In this document: in pieces, positions 51,401-64,000 of the stretch
Layout: the number at the start of each line of letters is the position of its first letter
Position numbering within the stretch: the stretch's first letter is position 1
Source: Cycas panzhihuaensis
Lineage: Eukaryota > Plantae > Cycadophyta
Length of the DNA: 64,000 bases
Direction: 5' to 3'
Assembly: GCA_023213395.1 (NCBI GenBank)
Contig: CM041465.1
Coordinates: forward strand, 214,837,741 to 214,901,740
Notes under the pieces: generated by a model
Told to the model about the DNA's origin: nothing
The model's input: only the letters and a program-made list of their open reading frames with translations
Database searches by the model: none
Made by a program: the position numbers and the translations under genes

Positions 51401-53558
51401 AGAATGTGTTTTGATAGGATATAGTAAAATTCAAAGGCATATAAGTGCATAGATCCTAGAACAAATAGAATCTATGTGAGTAGAGATGTCGTGTTTAATG
51501 AAGATACCTCAGAAGAGTCCTCACAAATCAAAATAATAGAAAGTGAAAAGGAATTGGGAACTACCTGACATGAATAGTGCAGAAGACGAGGAAGAAGATC
51601 ACCAGAATTACTCGTAAAATCAAGAGGAAAACGGGCCGGAAGAAGGACAAGTCGATTCGTCATCAACAACAGTCGTGGAGACAACGTCAAGGGTCATCAT
51701 CACCAATCGACGGGGAGACATTCCACGTACAAAAAAAACTGCCGAAATGGTATATCAAAACCGTTGAAGAGGGAAATATATTAGAACAAAAGACTCGAGG
51801 GCAAAGGTCAAGAGCTCTCCTAAGCAAGGTTGAACCACGTAATTTTGATGAAGCAAAAGATCATCCGTAATGGAGAGAAGCAATGGACAATGAAATAAAC
51901 TCAATCAAGAAAAATCAAACGTGGGAATTAGTAGAACTACCTGCTAATAAATCTATTGTAAACTGCAAATGGGTTTACAAAACAAAGAAAGGAGTTGATG
52001 GCCAAATTGAAAACACAAGGCAAGGTTAGTTGCAAAAGGATATACTCAAACCGCAGTATAGATTATGATGAGACTTTCTCCAAAGAGCAAAGATGAACAC
52101 AAGAAGGACAAGTGATAGCCTTAGCCGCCCAAGGTTGGGGAATCTCTCGGATGGACGTAAAAGTGCCTTCCTAAATGGTGAACTGGAAGAAGAAGTTTAT
52201 ATGCAACAACCGATGGATACGCGATCAGTGGAAAAGAAAATCTAGTCTCAAATTGAAAAAGGCCTTGTATGGTCTAAAACAAGCACCACGTGCTCGGTAT
52301 GCAAAACTAGATCACTTTCTTGAAGAAAATAAGTTCATTCAAAGGTAACTCGATTCCAACAGACATAAGGAAAACAAACAACAAGATAACAATAATTGTT
52401 GTTTATGTGGATGATATGTCACATCTTGAATGATGTAGAAGGAATCAAGTGGATCAAAAGTCAACTTCAAAGAAAAGTTTGAAATGATGATTTAGGTTCA
52501 CTAAATTATTACTGGGACCGGAAATAGTTCAACATCAAAACTATGTAACTTTGTCCCAAAGTAACTACATCAAAAGTCTACTTGTTCGATTTCAGATGGA
52601 AAACTGCAATCCATGCACCACTCCCATGGAGACAAATTGCAATCTAACAGTAGACAATATGGAAAAAGATGCCAATGCTACTCAGACAGTAAATGATCGA
52701 AGCCCGATCTACCGACACCACTGGACGACATATCCTACTCAGTAGGATTAATATCAAGGTATATGCAGAATCCAAAATTAAGACACCGCAAGCAAAGAAA
52801 AGAATTCTGAGATATCTCAAAGGAACAACAGATCTCAAGTTAGTTTATTCAAAGGGGCATCCAATCAAAATCACAGGATACTGCGATCTGTGATCGGGCA
52901 AAGACAAAGAACAAAGGAAATAAACAAGTGGTTTTGTTTTTCTTGGGAGATTCAACAATCTCATGGTGCAGCAAAAAACAAGCCACAATGGCTCTCTCCT
53001 CTACGTATGTAATATAAAGCACCACATCAAGAACCTCGTGAAGCCATCCGGTTAAGACAACTCTTGCTTGATTTAAATCAACAATGTAAAGAAGCAACTT
53101 CTTTAAAGTGTGACAATCAAAGTGCCATCAAGTCGACCAAAATCCAATTACGCATGCAAGAACAAAACATATTGAAGTTCATCATCACTTTATAAGAGAA
53201 AAAGTACGTAACAAAGAAATAGATTTGGAATATCGTCCGACATCCGAACAAGTTGCATCTTCCGACAAAACCTCTTGGGAGAGAAAGACTTATATTTGAG
53301 AGACAAGATTGGACTTATAGAGATAAAACATTAAGAGGGGTATTAAGATATAATGTTTTATCTAGGTCGAAAAAAGGGGTCATGTTAGACCAACCCTTAA
53401 ATGCTCTCATGAGATCATGCCACTTGGCAATATCTCGAGTGATTGGTTACATTAGTGGTTGTAACCAACTCATGACTCTTGTATACTTAAGCAAATTGAA
53501 TCTCAATAGAAAATCACCTCATTCCTTTCTCGTTTGTTTCGATCTACGTTTTCCAATG
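48448..53558 (+). mobile_element. Full-length Ty1/Copia element with ~218-bp LTRs; coding region frameshifted
   Basis: LTRs 48448-48665 and 53341-~53558; PBS TGGTATCAGAGC 48666-48677; PPT 53331-53340; WYIDSGASKHMT, IRSDGGGEY, NGVAERKNRTL, LYGLKQAPR, VYVDD; imperfect TSD GAAAT/TAAAT. Confidence 0.95.
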
Positions 53559-53719
53559 TAAATGTTGTCAAAAGTTTTTTAGCATTAAGATTTGTAAAGG
53601 AAAATATTTGTAAGGGGAGGTGCTACCCATTTTTTTTTTTAAATTTAGAGCCATTTATAATATCCATCATAGTATGCTCTCACCTTGCCTGTAACAGGAT
53701 CTTGATGATAAAAAAATGA

Positions 53720-54150
53720 TGGATATTTGATTTACTAATAATATATTTGCAAGTTAGATTTTCTACAAAAATAAAAATCTGTTTGCTCAAATTCACAAGT
53801 CTTTTAAAAATTCTATAGACTTCTAATTGACCTAATTCTAATTATTGAAGATGCGACTCTAAGTCTAGTTTCTAGTGCAAAAAGTAGAACTCAATTTTGT
53901 TGTTGTAGGAGAAAATTATTGTTGTTTTAGTGAATAATGGTTATTTTTAGCAAGAATTTTGTAAAAATATATTCTGTTCACTTTGTAAGGATGCCAAAAA
54001 TTCTGTAGAGCTTATTTCATCCTAATTCCAATGGCTAAAGATTTGGCTCTAAGTCTAGTTTTCGATGCTTAATTTCATCACCATAAAAGAAAGTTATTGC
54101 TATTTTAGTAAAGACTACGTTTTTGTGAAAAAAAATATGAAGAAAATTTC
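53720..54150. repeat. About 2-2.5 degenerate tandem copies of a ~180-190-bp unit
   Basis: AAAAATTCT.TAGA...CCTAATTC.AAT...CTCTAAGTCTAGTTT at ~53806 and ~53996; GAAA.TTATTG.T.TTTTAGT at ~53911 and ~54089. Confidence 0.6.
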
Positions 54151-54989
54151 TTCCTTTTTTAAGGCTTCAAAGCCCATTATAAAAGTGAGTGAAAAACACT
54201 TAGATCAGAGCAATATCCAATGTCCTCACCTCACTTCTCACCATTTTATCTTAACACTCTAAAATCACATCATTTTTAGTTACATGTATATTTGATGTAA
54301 ATTCGATAATCTTTTCACTCTCCCTAAAAGGAATGCATCATGTACATCATTTTCTATCATCTTATTCTTGTAAACATACTCACTAAAGTTGATATACATT
54401 GGTTGGTAGAATGTCGTGCTATAATGGAGGTGTAGGTTTTAAGTTGGGACTAGACTTAACCAAAATATTAGTGAGGCTCGGTTAACCATACCATCATGTC
54501 TCAATCAGGGATCATCCTAATAAATAACTGGGAAAACTAAAACTTTAATATAAGATTAAAATATACCTAATCCAATATCCATCATAGCTGTGGGTATACA
54601 CGTACCACTCTTTAGATGAGGTATATAACTACTCATTGGTGAACGAGGTGAGGATTAAGAGTACCTGGGCTCTACTATGACTTAGATTTTATTACCAAGC
54701 ATAATTACAAGTATCGCGAGTGAAGGCCAACTTAATTCTACTAGAAGCCTAGGCATCCCTTCAACAACGTTAACTACATGTTAGATACACGTTAGAGGTT
54801 ATTAGGTTGATTACACATCCTATATTTGAGTTTCAGAGTTGTGTTCACCCAATGATATTAACTTCCACATTAGCTTATAATCTTATATATTTATCACTCA
54901 CATATTTTTGAATGTCAGTATAGAAGAGCAGAGCAGGTCAGGACGCCATTGTGCGCTGATCAATAAATTTCTAAAATAATCAAAGGCAG

Positions 54990-57900
54990 TGTTGAAAAAC
55001 ACCTAAGGCACATCGAAACCCTTTAAATATATTTTTATGGAGGTGCCTAAACGCCTCAACCCTCTATGCAGATTAGCTGATAATATTAAAAAATAAATTA
55101 AAATAATACAAACATACATAATATGTCCGCTAAGGACAGTAATAGGTGACTCTAGGTGCTTTAGGGAGCCCCAAAGGTGGCTTTGGGGGGTCCTAGGTGC
55201 ATGTACCCTTAGGCCATTTGGGGGTTATCCCAACATTCTCCCCCATATCGACCAAGTGTGTAACTCCTAAATTTTCTCTAAATTTTTAAAATTTAATCTT
55301 GCCCAATGCTTTTGTGAAGATATTTGTTGTCTGGTCCTATGTACTATAATACTTTAACTCAATTTATCCTTCTTATACTAACTCTCGAATGAAATGATGT
55401 TGTGTCTTTATATGCTTGGTTCTGCCATGGAAAACTGGATTCTTTATTATTTGTATGGTGCTTTGATTATCGCACTGGCTTTCGGTTGGCCTTTGTTGTT
55501 CTATTTTAAGATCTTAAAGTAAATGACGTAACCAAACTATTTTATAAGCTGCTGACACTACTGCTTTATATTCTGCCTCTATTATTGATAAAGAAATTGT
55601 ATTCTATTTCTTTGTGCTCCATGGTATATCTGCTGAACCCATGCTAAAAGTATATATTTATGTAGACTTCATGTCATCTATATCATCGAACCAATCTAAA
55701 TTTGTATGTCCTATTAATCTGAAGTTTGGTGTAGACTTGTAATATAATCTAAATTTGTTGTGCCTTTGAGATACCGTAGAATTTGTTTTGCAGCTTGCCA
55801 GGGTGTAGTCTTTGGATCATGCATAAATCGGACACCACGCTAATGACATACATGAGATCAGGTCATGTAGATGTCAAGTAAATTAGCCTGCCAATTAATT
55901 GCCCATATAGAGTTAGATCCACATGAGCAGATTTATCATGCTTTGAAAGTTTAATTCCAACTTTTGTAGGAGTAGTTAAAGATTTACATTCACTCATCTT
56001 GAACCTTTAAAGTAAGTCTAAGGTATATTTCCTTTGAGAGATAAGAATGCTACCATCATCTTGCCATACTTCTATTTCAAGGAAATAATGCATTAATCCC
56101 AAATTAGTCATTTCAAATTCTCTACACATATCTTCTTTGAATTGATGTGAGAGTTATGGATCATTTCCAGTCTACACAAGATCATGAACATATAAACCCA
56201 CAATTAGGATTGTTTTTCCTTCTATCTTGGTGTATAAATTTAGGTCTGATTGAGATCTTTTGAAGCCTTGATCCCTGAAATAATTATCAATTCAGGTATA
56301 CCACACCCTAGGCACTTGTTTGAGTCCATAAAGTGCTTTCTTGAGTTTATACACTTTGTTTTCTTCCTCCCTAACTTCAAAACTTAGGGGTTGAGAGACA
56401 TAGATGTCCTCTTCAATGTAACCATTAAGGAAATCACTTTTGACATCCATTTGACAAAAGTCCCATTTCATTTAAGTAGCTAAATTGATAATCATCCTAA
56501 CTGTTTCCATTCTGGAAACTGGAACAAAGGTCTCATTATAGTCAATTCCTTCTTTTTAAGAATATCCTTTTGTAATAAGGCGAGCTTTATATTTGTCAAT
56601 AGAGCCATCAGATCTGAATTTTGTTTTGTATATCCACTTGGTCCTAATAGGCTTTTCGTTGGGAGGTAAATCAACTAATTCCCAAGTGTCATTTTTTACA
56701 ATGGATTCGTATTCTTCCTCCATAGATTTCCTCCAAGTATAATCATAATTATCCTCATTGAAGTTTTGAGGCTTATGTGTCTCTGTAACACGAGTCATAA
56801 GGGCATAGTTTACCCTATGAGATCTAGTTGATCTTCTGTTGTAATCATGGTCCAACATGTTATCCATAGGGTGATATCTTTGGGTCCATTTAGGAACTGT
56901 TCATAGTAGAGACTGAGAGGTTTCCTCCCTAGAAAGATTTTGTGGTGGAGCTTGAGAAGAAGTTCCCTCCCCACTTTCAACATCAATGGTCCTTCTATGG
57001 AGCTGCCAAGGTGGCACATATATGGACCTAGGATTGGAATCTAGATTTATTATCACATTCTTTCTTTTTTCTTAATGATGATTAGCATAATAGGAATCAT
57101 TTTCTTAAATGACAATATCTCTGCTCATAATGACCTTTCTTGCCTTTGAATCATAAAGTTTATAGGAGTTTGACATATCACTATAGCTAATAAAAATGCA
57201 TTTGGTACTATGAACATCTAATTTTATTTTTTTCTGCTCAAGAATGTGAGTATATGCTACGCAACCAAAAACTTTCAAGTGATGGATATTAGGTTTATAT
57301 CCTGTCCATGCTTCTTTAGGAGTTTTCCATCGAAGTGCTTTGGTGGTACTTCTGTTAATTAGATATACAACAGTATGTACTGCTTCAACCCAAAATTGAT
57401 TTCGAAGGCTTTTATCTTTCATCATGTACCTTACCATTTCAATTATGGTGTAATTTTTCCTTTTCGCTACACCATTTTGTTGAGGGATGTAGGGATTGCT
57501 TAACTGATGCTTGATTCCATGATGAACACAATAGGAATTGAATTGATTTGAAATAAATTCTCCCCCATTGTCTAATCTTAGGGAGAGTATCTTATATCCA
57601 CTTTGTCTCTCCACATAGGTTTTGAAGTCAACAAAGTGCTGAAACATGTCAGATTTGAATTTCATGAAGAAAATCCATGTTTTCCTTGTATAATCATCAA
57701 TGAAAGTAATGAAGTATTTTTCTCCTCCTAGAGATGGAGAGTCCATACAACCATAAATATTAGTATATACTAATTGAAGAGGACCATTTGCTCTATAGGT
57801 AAAATCTGGAAAACTTTCCCTATGTTGTTTTTTAAGTAAACATCCTTCACAAACATCTTTATCTGCTTTTATGGTAGGCAATCCATTAACCATCTCCATC

Positions 57901-59525
57901 CTTTTCATTAAGGCCAAACTATTATAGTTTAAGTGGCCAAATCTTTTATGCCATATGGTACTATCAATTTTGATGGTTGTCTTCAAAGCATAGGATGGAG
58001 GGATAACAAGTTTAAATAGATTATCCTTTGTCATTTTGCCTCTAGCAATAATTGCTTTGTTTTGTCTTTTGTCTTTGATAACACACTCACCATTGTAAAA
58101 AAAGACTCTATAATCCTTACGCATCATCTATCCCACTGATAGGAGGGTCTTCCTTAATGCTAGAACATATAACACATCCTTAATGTATTTAGTTTTTCTA
58201 GAATCGGTTTGGAGGGCTACATTCCCTTTGCCAACAGATTAATATGCTGTGTCATCTCTAAACATAATGGAACCCTTTTTTGATGTGTCTATAGTTTGAA
58301 ACCAACCCTTTTTGTGAGTCATATAGGTTGAACATCCAAAATCAATGTACTGACTATTATCTTCATCTTCATTGGCTAGAAAGCAAGATAAAAATATCTG
58401 ATTTTCTCTATTTTGTATGGTAGTGTTGGCACTTCCCTTGTTAGGTGGTCCATGTTTAGAAAAATATCTATCTTCAATGTGACCAGGTCTATTGCAAAAG
58501 GTGCAATATAATGAATCTTTCCTCCTATAATTAAGACTTCTACTTTAAGGATATGATCTATAAATATGTGATTACCTTTCTCTTTCTTCATGATGAGGTG
58601 GATGCTCCCTTTGTCTATAATTTAGAGAAGGGAGATTTGTTCTTTGTGATGATGTGTCCCTTTGACAATTTTAACAACATTGGTGTGGACCTTGGTGTTT
58701 TTCTTCACTTTGATATCTAGTTGGCCTTGTATCTCTTTGATTAGCTCCATGTCTTTGATGAGGAGCTTGGTATCTTTATTGTCTTTATTGATGAGGTGCA
58801 TATCTGGGATTTCTATTCTTTTCCTTTGGAGAATGATCCTTAGATTTAGAATGACTTGCTTGACCATGAGATTGGATCCTTGCCTTAGTAGCAAAAGCAT
58901 GTTCAAGAGATTCATTTGATGCCTTCTTTTCTTCAATAATCATTAACATGGCACCCAATTGTTCTATCTTGAGAGTACTTAAATATTTTGAGATCTCAAT
59001 ACTGGTGGCTATCATTTCAAAGGTAGGTATGACACTAACACATCTTAAAATTCTTTCAATAACCCTTTGTTCTATTAAGGTCTCGCCAAGGGATCTCATA
59101 TGATTGATGAGATCTTCTACCTTAGTTATAAAATCAATAACTGATTCATTTGAGTTCATCCTTAGGTTTTTAAATTTGCTCCTAAGGGTTTGAAGCTTAG
59201 ATGAGGCCACTCCTTCATAGATCAATTATAGAGTATCCTATACTTCCTTTGAAGTAGTTGCTTCACTCACCCTTGGAAAGATTTTATCATCAATGGAACA
59301 AAATAATAATGTTAGGACCTCATTGTCTTTCTTGACCATTTCTTTGCATGCCCTCTTTTTTTCATTCATGGCTTGGTCACCTGGATCTTTATAGACTGCC
59401 TGAACTACGTCCCATAATTTCTTTGATGTGAGGATAGATTTCACTTTTTTGCTACAGTTTAGAAAATTTGTCCCATTAAAAAGTAGAATGGTCATGTTTC
59501 CCGTGTTTGATGCCATGTTTCTCAA
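54990..59525 (-). mobile_element. Degenerate Ty1/Copia element: gag-PR-INT-RT-RH and 3' LTR; 5' LTR and PBS not found
   Basis: Gag ORFs 59238-59525 and 58785-59225; 340-aa integrase ORF 57105-58127 (WHKRFGH, FIDDYTRK, LRLDNGGEF); RT 56556-56867 (KYKARLITKGYS); PPT 55236-55244; putative 3' LTR 54990-55235 with TGTTG...CAACA ends. Confidence 0.9.
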
Positions 59526-61543
59526 CTTGGGTTATGATAAATATCTTTTGGTAAATAAAATAGGTTTATCCCACTAAGGTTTTGGTTAAATGAATAAAAT
59601 TTTCCAAGTTTAGCCCAAGGTTTAAAGTGTACCTAGTCTCTATATAAGGTTTTCTATGCTCTAAGTCTATGTGTCTCTAAGGAAACCTTTGGTTACTATT
59701 ATGTCTAATGGAACATACCCATAAGTGGTGAAACAGGGACCCAATATATCAATCCGTGAACTCAAGCTTGTATATATCTTAGTACGTAGGTTGCTAAGAA
59801 GGTTTTTCCACCCTCTTGAATCATTGTCTTACCTGCGTTGATCTTATACCTAGCGACAAATATAGTAATAAAAGTTACTAACCAAGGTACTCACCCTCTC
59901 TATGTCTAGCCTTGGTCTTTGAACACTGATAAAAAATGGCTTAATACCTTAGCCCACCACCTATTACACTTGATAGCCAAAGGCTTTCCTCATCCAATAT
60001 GAGTAGGCCAAGTAGTGTGTACGGGGTGGTAACTTCAGGGGTCTTAACCATTCCCCTTGCAAGGCTAGTAATAAAGAGGTTTAATTTAGATATTTATCTT
60101 ATTTAATGTGAAAAAAAATTATTATATATGGTCTTTCTTACAAACAAAGTTCCTTTTAGAGCAAAACATGAAATGAACCTTGAAACAAGACTAAATCAAA
60201 TTTCTTTCAATACTCAAATATCAATTTGAAAAGTAAAGTATGAAATATCTTTTTCAATAAAAGAATGTTATCAATATAAAAAAAAAAAATTGTAAATATA
60301 AATGATTAATTTCCCAATAAAGAATTATGAACAAATTTGAATCTATATCGATAAAAGTCCTTTTTAAAAAAGAATAATTATTCAACTTCAAAGAAATCTA
60401 AAATTCACATTCCTTTCCAAAAAATATATATAGAAGCCTTTGAAAAATTAAAAAATATAAAGAATGCTCTCTTTGCACTTTAGAATAAATGTCTATTTCT
60501 CAACTTTGGAAAGGAAAAAAAAATCTTTTAAACCTTTAAAAATAAAGAATGCTCCCCCTTTTGAAAAATTCGATTTCTTTGTAAAGAAATAAGGACTCTT
60601 TCTTCAAAAAAAATTTGAAATAAAGATGAAAATAAATTCTAAATGAGAGCCAAGGACTTTTCCTTTTAGATTTGAAATAAAATGAGTGAATTTTCTAGAT
60701 GACAACCAATCAAGTTCTTATAATCAAGTTGCTTAAAATCATATTATTTTGAGAATGAATGGGGCTCAAAAATCCTTTAATAATCAAATAAGATAAATAA
60801 ACTTTTAATCAATTTCAAAAAGGACTTTAAATAAGATTAGATTTGATAAAAATGAAATAACTATAGCAAGAAATACCATATTGCTGAAATGAATAAGAAA
60901 GGGGCTTATTTTGCTCTAGAGACCCAAAAATAGGTTAGATGAGCTACAAAATCCCTTAAAATCTCAATGAATACCAAAAAATCTAATTAATAATCAATAA
61001 TATATAAATATCAAGCAAAGTATATTCAAAATGAGAAGAAAATATAGCTCAAAAAGCTTAAAAAAAGTATAATTAGGACTTGGAAGTAACCTCAACTTCA
61101 AAAGATTGGAGCACCTATAAAATAGACTCAAAATGAAATAAAAATAACTTAAAATTATAGATCTCTAAAAAATCTTTTACTAGAATCAGACGGTACTCAA
61201 TTCTGAGCTATGAAGCTTAAGATATTAAAGAAACTGTTAAAAGTGTCCTTCTAAGCTTAATAAAATAGGTAGAACAAACAAAGTCAACTTTAACCTACTC
61301 AAACCTATAAGATAATTAGTAAAATCAAGCAAAAAATACCTTCAGGCAGTAGTGCTCTAAATCAGGATTCCAATGAATCTTGCCCTTTGAAAATCTGATT
61401 TCTGGTTGAGGAGATATAACTGAAAATGTAAGTAGTACTTTTTATATAAATATATTAAAAAACACTAAAGTGTCACTTTCACCAATTAAAATAATAATTA
61501 AATTAAATCCTAAAAAATAAAATAAGTAGACAGTGATGAAGTT

Positions 61544-64000
61544 TGTTAAAATATATTACTTCAGAGTATATCTGGGTAAAAAATGATCACCTAATAATAA
61601 AATATAGTTGGTCAAAGTAGACTTCTTATGAAAAATGATTAAATATAAATGAAATAAAATTTTAATAAAAAACTAAATAAATACCTTTGATTTTCGCCAC
61701 CAGAGGGCAAATAGGGCAGAAATAGTGAAGAGAAAATATAACTGAGAAGCAATGTGATGACAGAACTCTAAACCATGCAAAGAACAAATAACATAAACAA
61801 ATTAAGCACTCAATAAAGAACATCAGGAGATATAGGTCTAAGAATAGACATTTTATTAATCTAAGCAATAGCTAAAGAATTATAGAGATGAACCCCAACT
61901 CTTTTCTTTGACTCATGCACAACCATTACATCATTTTCATATGTTACATGTACCATTACATAAGAATATATAAACACAACATTACAAGATATTGCCTTGC
62001 GGTTTTACAATACAATGGGTATAAACTATTGGGCTGACAAAGACCCCTATAAGACACCAAAAAAAATTTCTCGGGGGCTCTCACCCCCAAACCCCCGCTT
62101 GGGGGACCGCTAGACCCCCTAGTTGGGGGCCCTATAATAGGCCCCTTGGACCCCACAAAGGGGCTTGGGTGTAATGCCTATATCCATGTAACACTTGCAA
62201 AGTGTTCAACATATCTAACAATCTCCCACTTATTGAACACTTTACAAGAAAATCTGCATACACAACTATTAAATGCCAAAATCACAAACACCCATTGCAA
62301 TTCTATACCATTTAAAATTTTCTGTGTTAACAATTTTAGTCAATAAGTTTGCAGCATTATCTTGTGTAGCAATCTACTGCAAGTGCACCTTGGGATCTTG
62401 AACCATTTCCCTCACAAAATGGAACTGCACATCAATATGCTTCGACTGAGTATAAAAAATGGGGTTCTTTACTAGGTAGATTGCACTTTGACTATCATAA
62501 TCTATCCTCATAACATCCTACTTAAATCCAATATTTGTGCATAATCTCTATAACCAAACAACTTCCTTACATGCATGAGTAGCTACCATATACTCTGCTT
62601 CTGTGGTAGAAAGTGCCACAACTTGCTATTTTTTACTTATCCAGTTGACTGCGCCACCACAAAGGGTAAAAACATACCCACTTGTAGATCTTCTATTGTC
62701 AAGATCTCTAGCCCAATCAGCATCAACAAAACCTCTCAGGTTTATTATTCTACTCTCCATGGGATCTCTTTCATAGCAACTTCCATAATCTGATGAACCT
62801 CACAAATACCTGAAAATCCTTTTCACAGCCACCCAATGCTCCCTACCTGGGTTTGACATATACTTGCTAACTACTCCCACTGCATAGACAATGTTTGGTT
62901 AAGTGTAAACCATCACATACATTAAGCTACCAACAACACTGGCATAAGGGACAAATGCCATGTCTTCAACTTCTTGGTGAGTCTTTGGGCATTATTCAAT
63001 TGATAATTTTAAACTAGCAAGAAGAGGAACATTAACTAGTTTACTATCCTATAACCTAAATCATTATAATATTATTTCAATGTACCGTCTTTGGCTAAGC
63101 CAAATCTTCCTATTCCTCCTATCCCTTTTAATCTCAATGGCTAAAATAAAATGTGCAGCACCAAGGTCCTTCATCTCAAAGTGAGATGTCAGTTGGTCTT
63201 TCACAAGTTAGTTCATTCCTTTATTGTTACCAACTAAAAGTATGCCATCAATATATAAAGCCAAAATAACAAAATGATCACCAACCTTCTTATAATAAAC
63301 ATAATGATTTACTTTACTGTGCACAAAGCCATCTGCTAATATATGTGAACTAAATTTCTGATACCATATCCTTGGTGACTGTTTCAAGCCATATAATGAC
63401 TTATTTAACCTGTATACAATATTCTTCTTCCTTACAACTTCAAACCCTTCAGGCTACAACATATAAATCTCTTCCTCGATGTCACCATGAAGAAATGTAG
63501 TCTTCATATCCATTTGATCCACCTCAAGGTTATAGGTAGCTACTATATCCAACAAAAATCTAATTGAAGCAACTTTTATAATAAGAGAAAATACCTCACC
63601 AAAATCTATTCCCTTGACCTGGGAATAGCCCTTTGCTACCAAGCGAGCCTTGTATTGTTTCACAGTACCATCTGCCTGAAACTTCTTCTTGAAGATCTAT
63701 TTGTTATTAACAGGTTTTCTACCATTAGGCAGATCCACCAAATCCCATGTATTATTTTTGTCTAAGGCCATCATTTCTTCCTGTATGGCCTTCATCTAGA
63801 GTTGGCTTTCTTTTGACTCTAGAGCCTTCTGAATAGTACCCGGATCAACATCTATAGCAGATAAAACATAAGAGCAACGATGAAAGCCTTCAGGAATATA
63901 CCTGTTAGGCTGTCTTCTCTCACGAGTTGATCTCCTTAAGATGTGGGGTTCTTGAGGTTGAGCTACCTCTATGACTTTCTTCCTCTTCAACTGACTTATA
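61544..64000 (-). mobile_element. Ty1/Copia (Tork-like) RT-RH and 3' LTR, continuing off the right edge
   Basis: YKARLVAKGYSQVKGIDF, LYGLKQSPR, SKHIDVQFHFVRE; PPT at 62221-62231 next to LTR start TGTTAGA (62220). The far LTR boundary (~61544) is uncertain. Confidence 0.88.

Overview
Eukaryotic land-plant nuclear DNA from a large, heavily methylated genome (gymnosperm-like by inference). It contains one intact host gene, a 4-exon chloroplast peroxiredoxin Q (25398-26448, +), in a CpG-retaining island surrounded by nested retrotransposons. These are: three copies of different ages of one non-chromovirus Ty3/Gypsy (OTA, Tat-like) lineage, all on the minus strand (1-8881; ~15860-20770; ~38426-47840, split by a Copia insertion); a degenerate near full-length L1 LINE with a C-terminal RNase H (~9030-15280, +); and four Ty1/Copia elements (38853-44190 -, 48448-53558 +, 54990-~59525 -, ~61544-64000 -). 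Most interesting signals: (i) a degenerate Plant Mobile Domain (PMD/MAIL1-like) ORF antisense in the 3' region of the third Gypsy copy, bracketed by two related short-repeat arrays and missed by the ORF track; (ii) the Tat-like lineage shows no additional RNase H but has an unannotated protease-RT linker with motifs conserved in all three copies; (iii) one Copia has frameshifts that look like CWG-context sequencing errors rather than real decay. No rRNA, tRNA gene or CRISPR array was recognised. All calls come from manual reading and translation; no searches were run.
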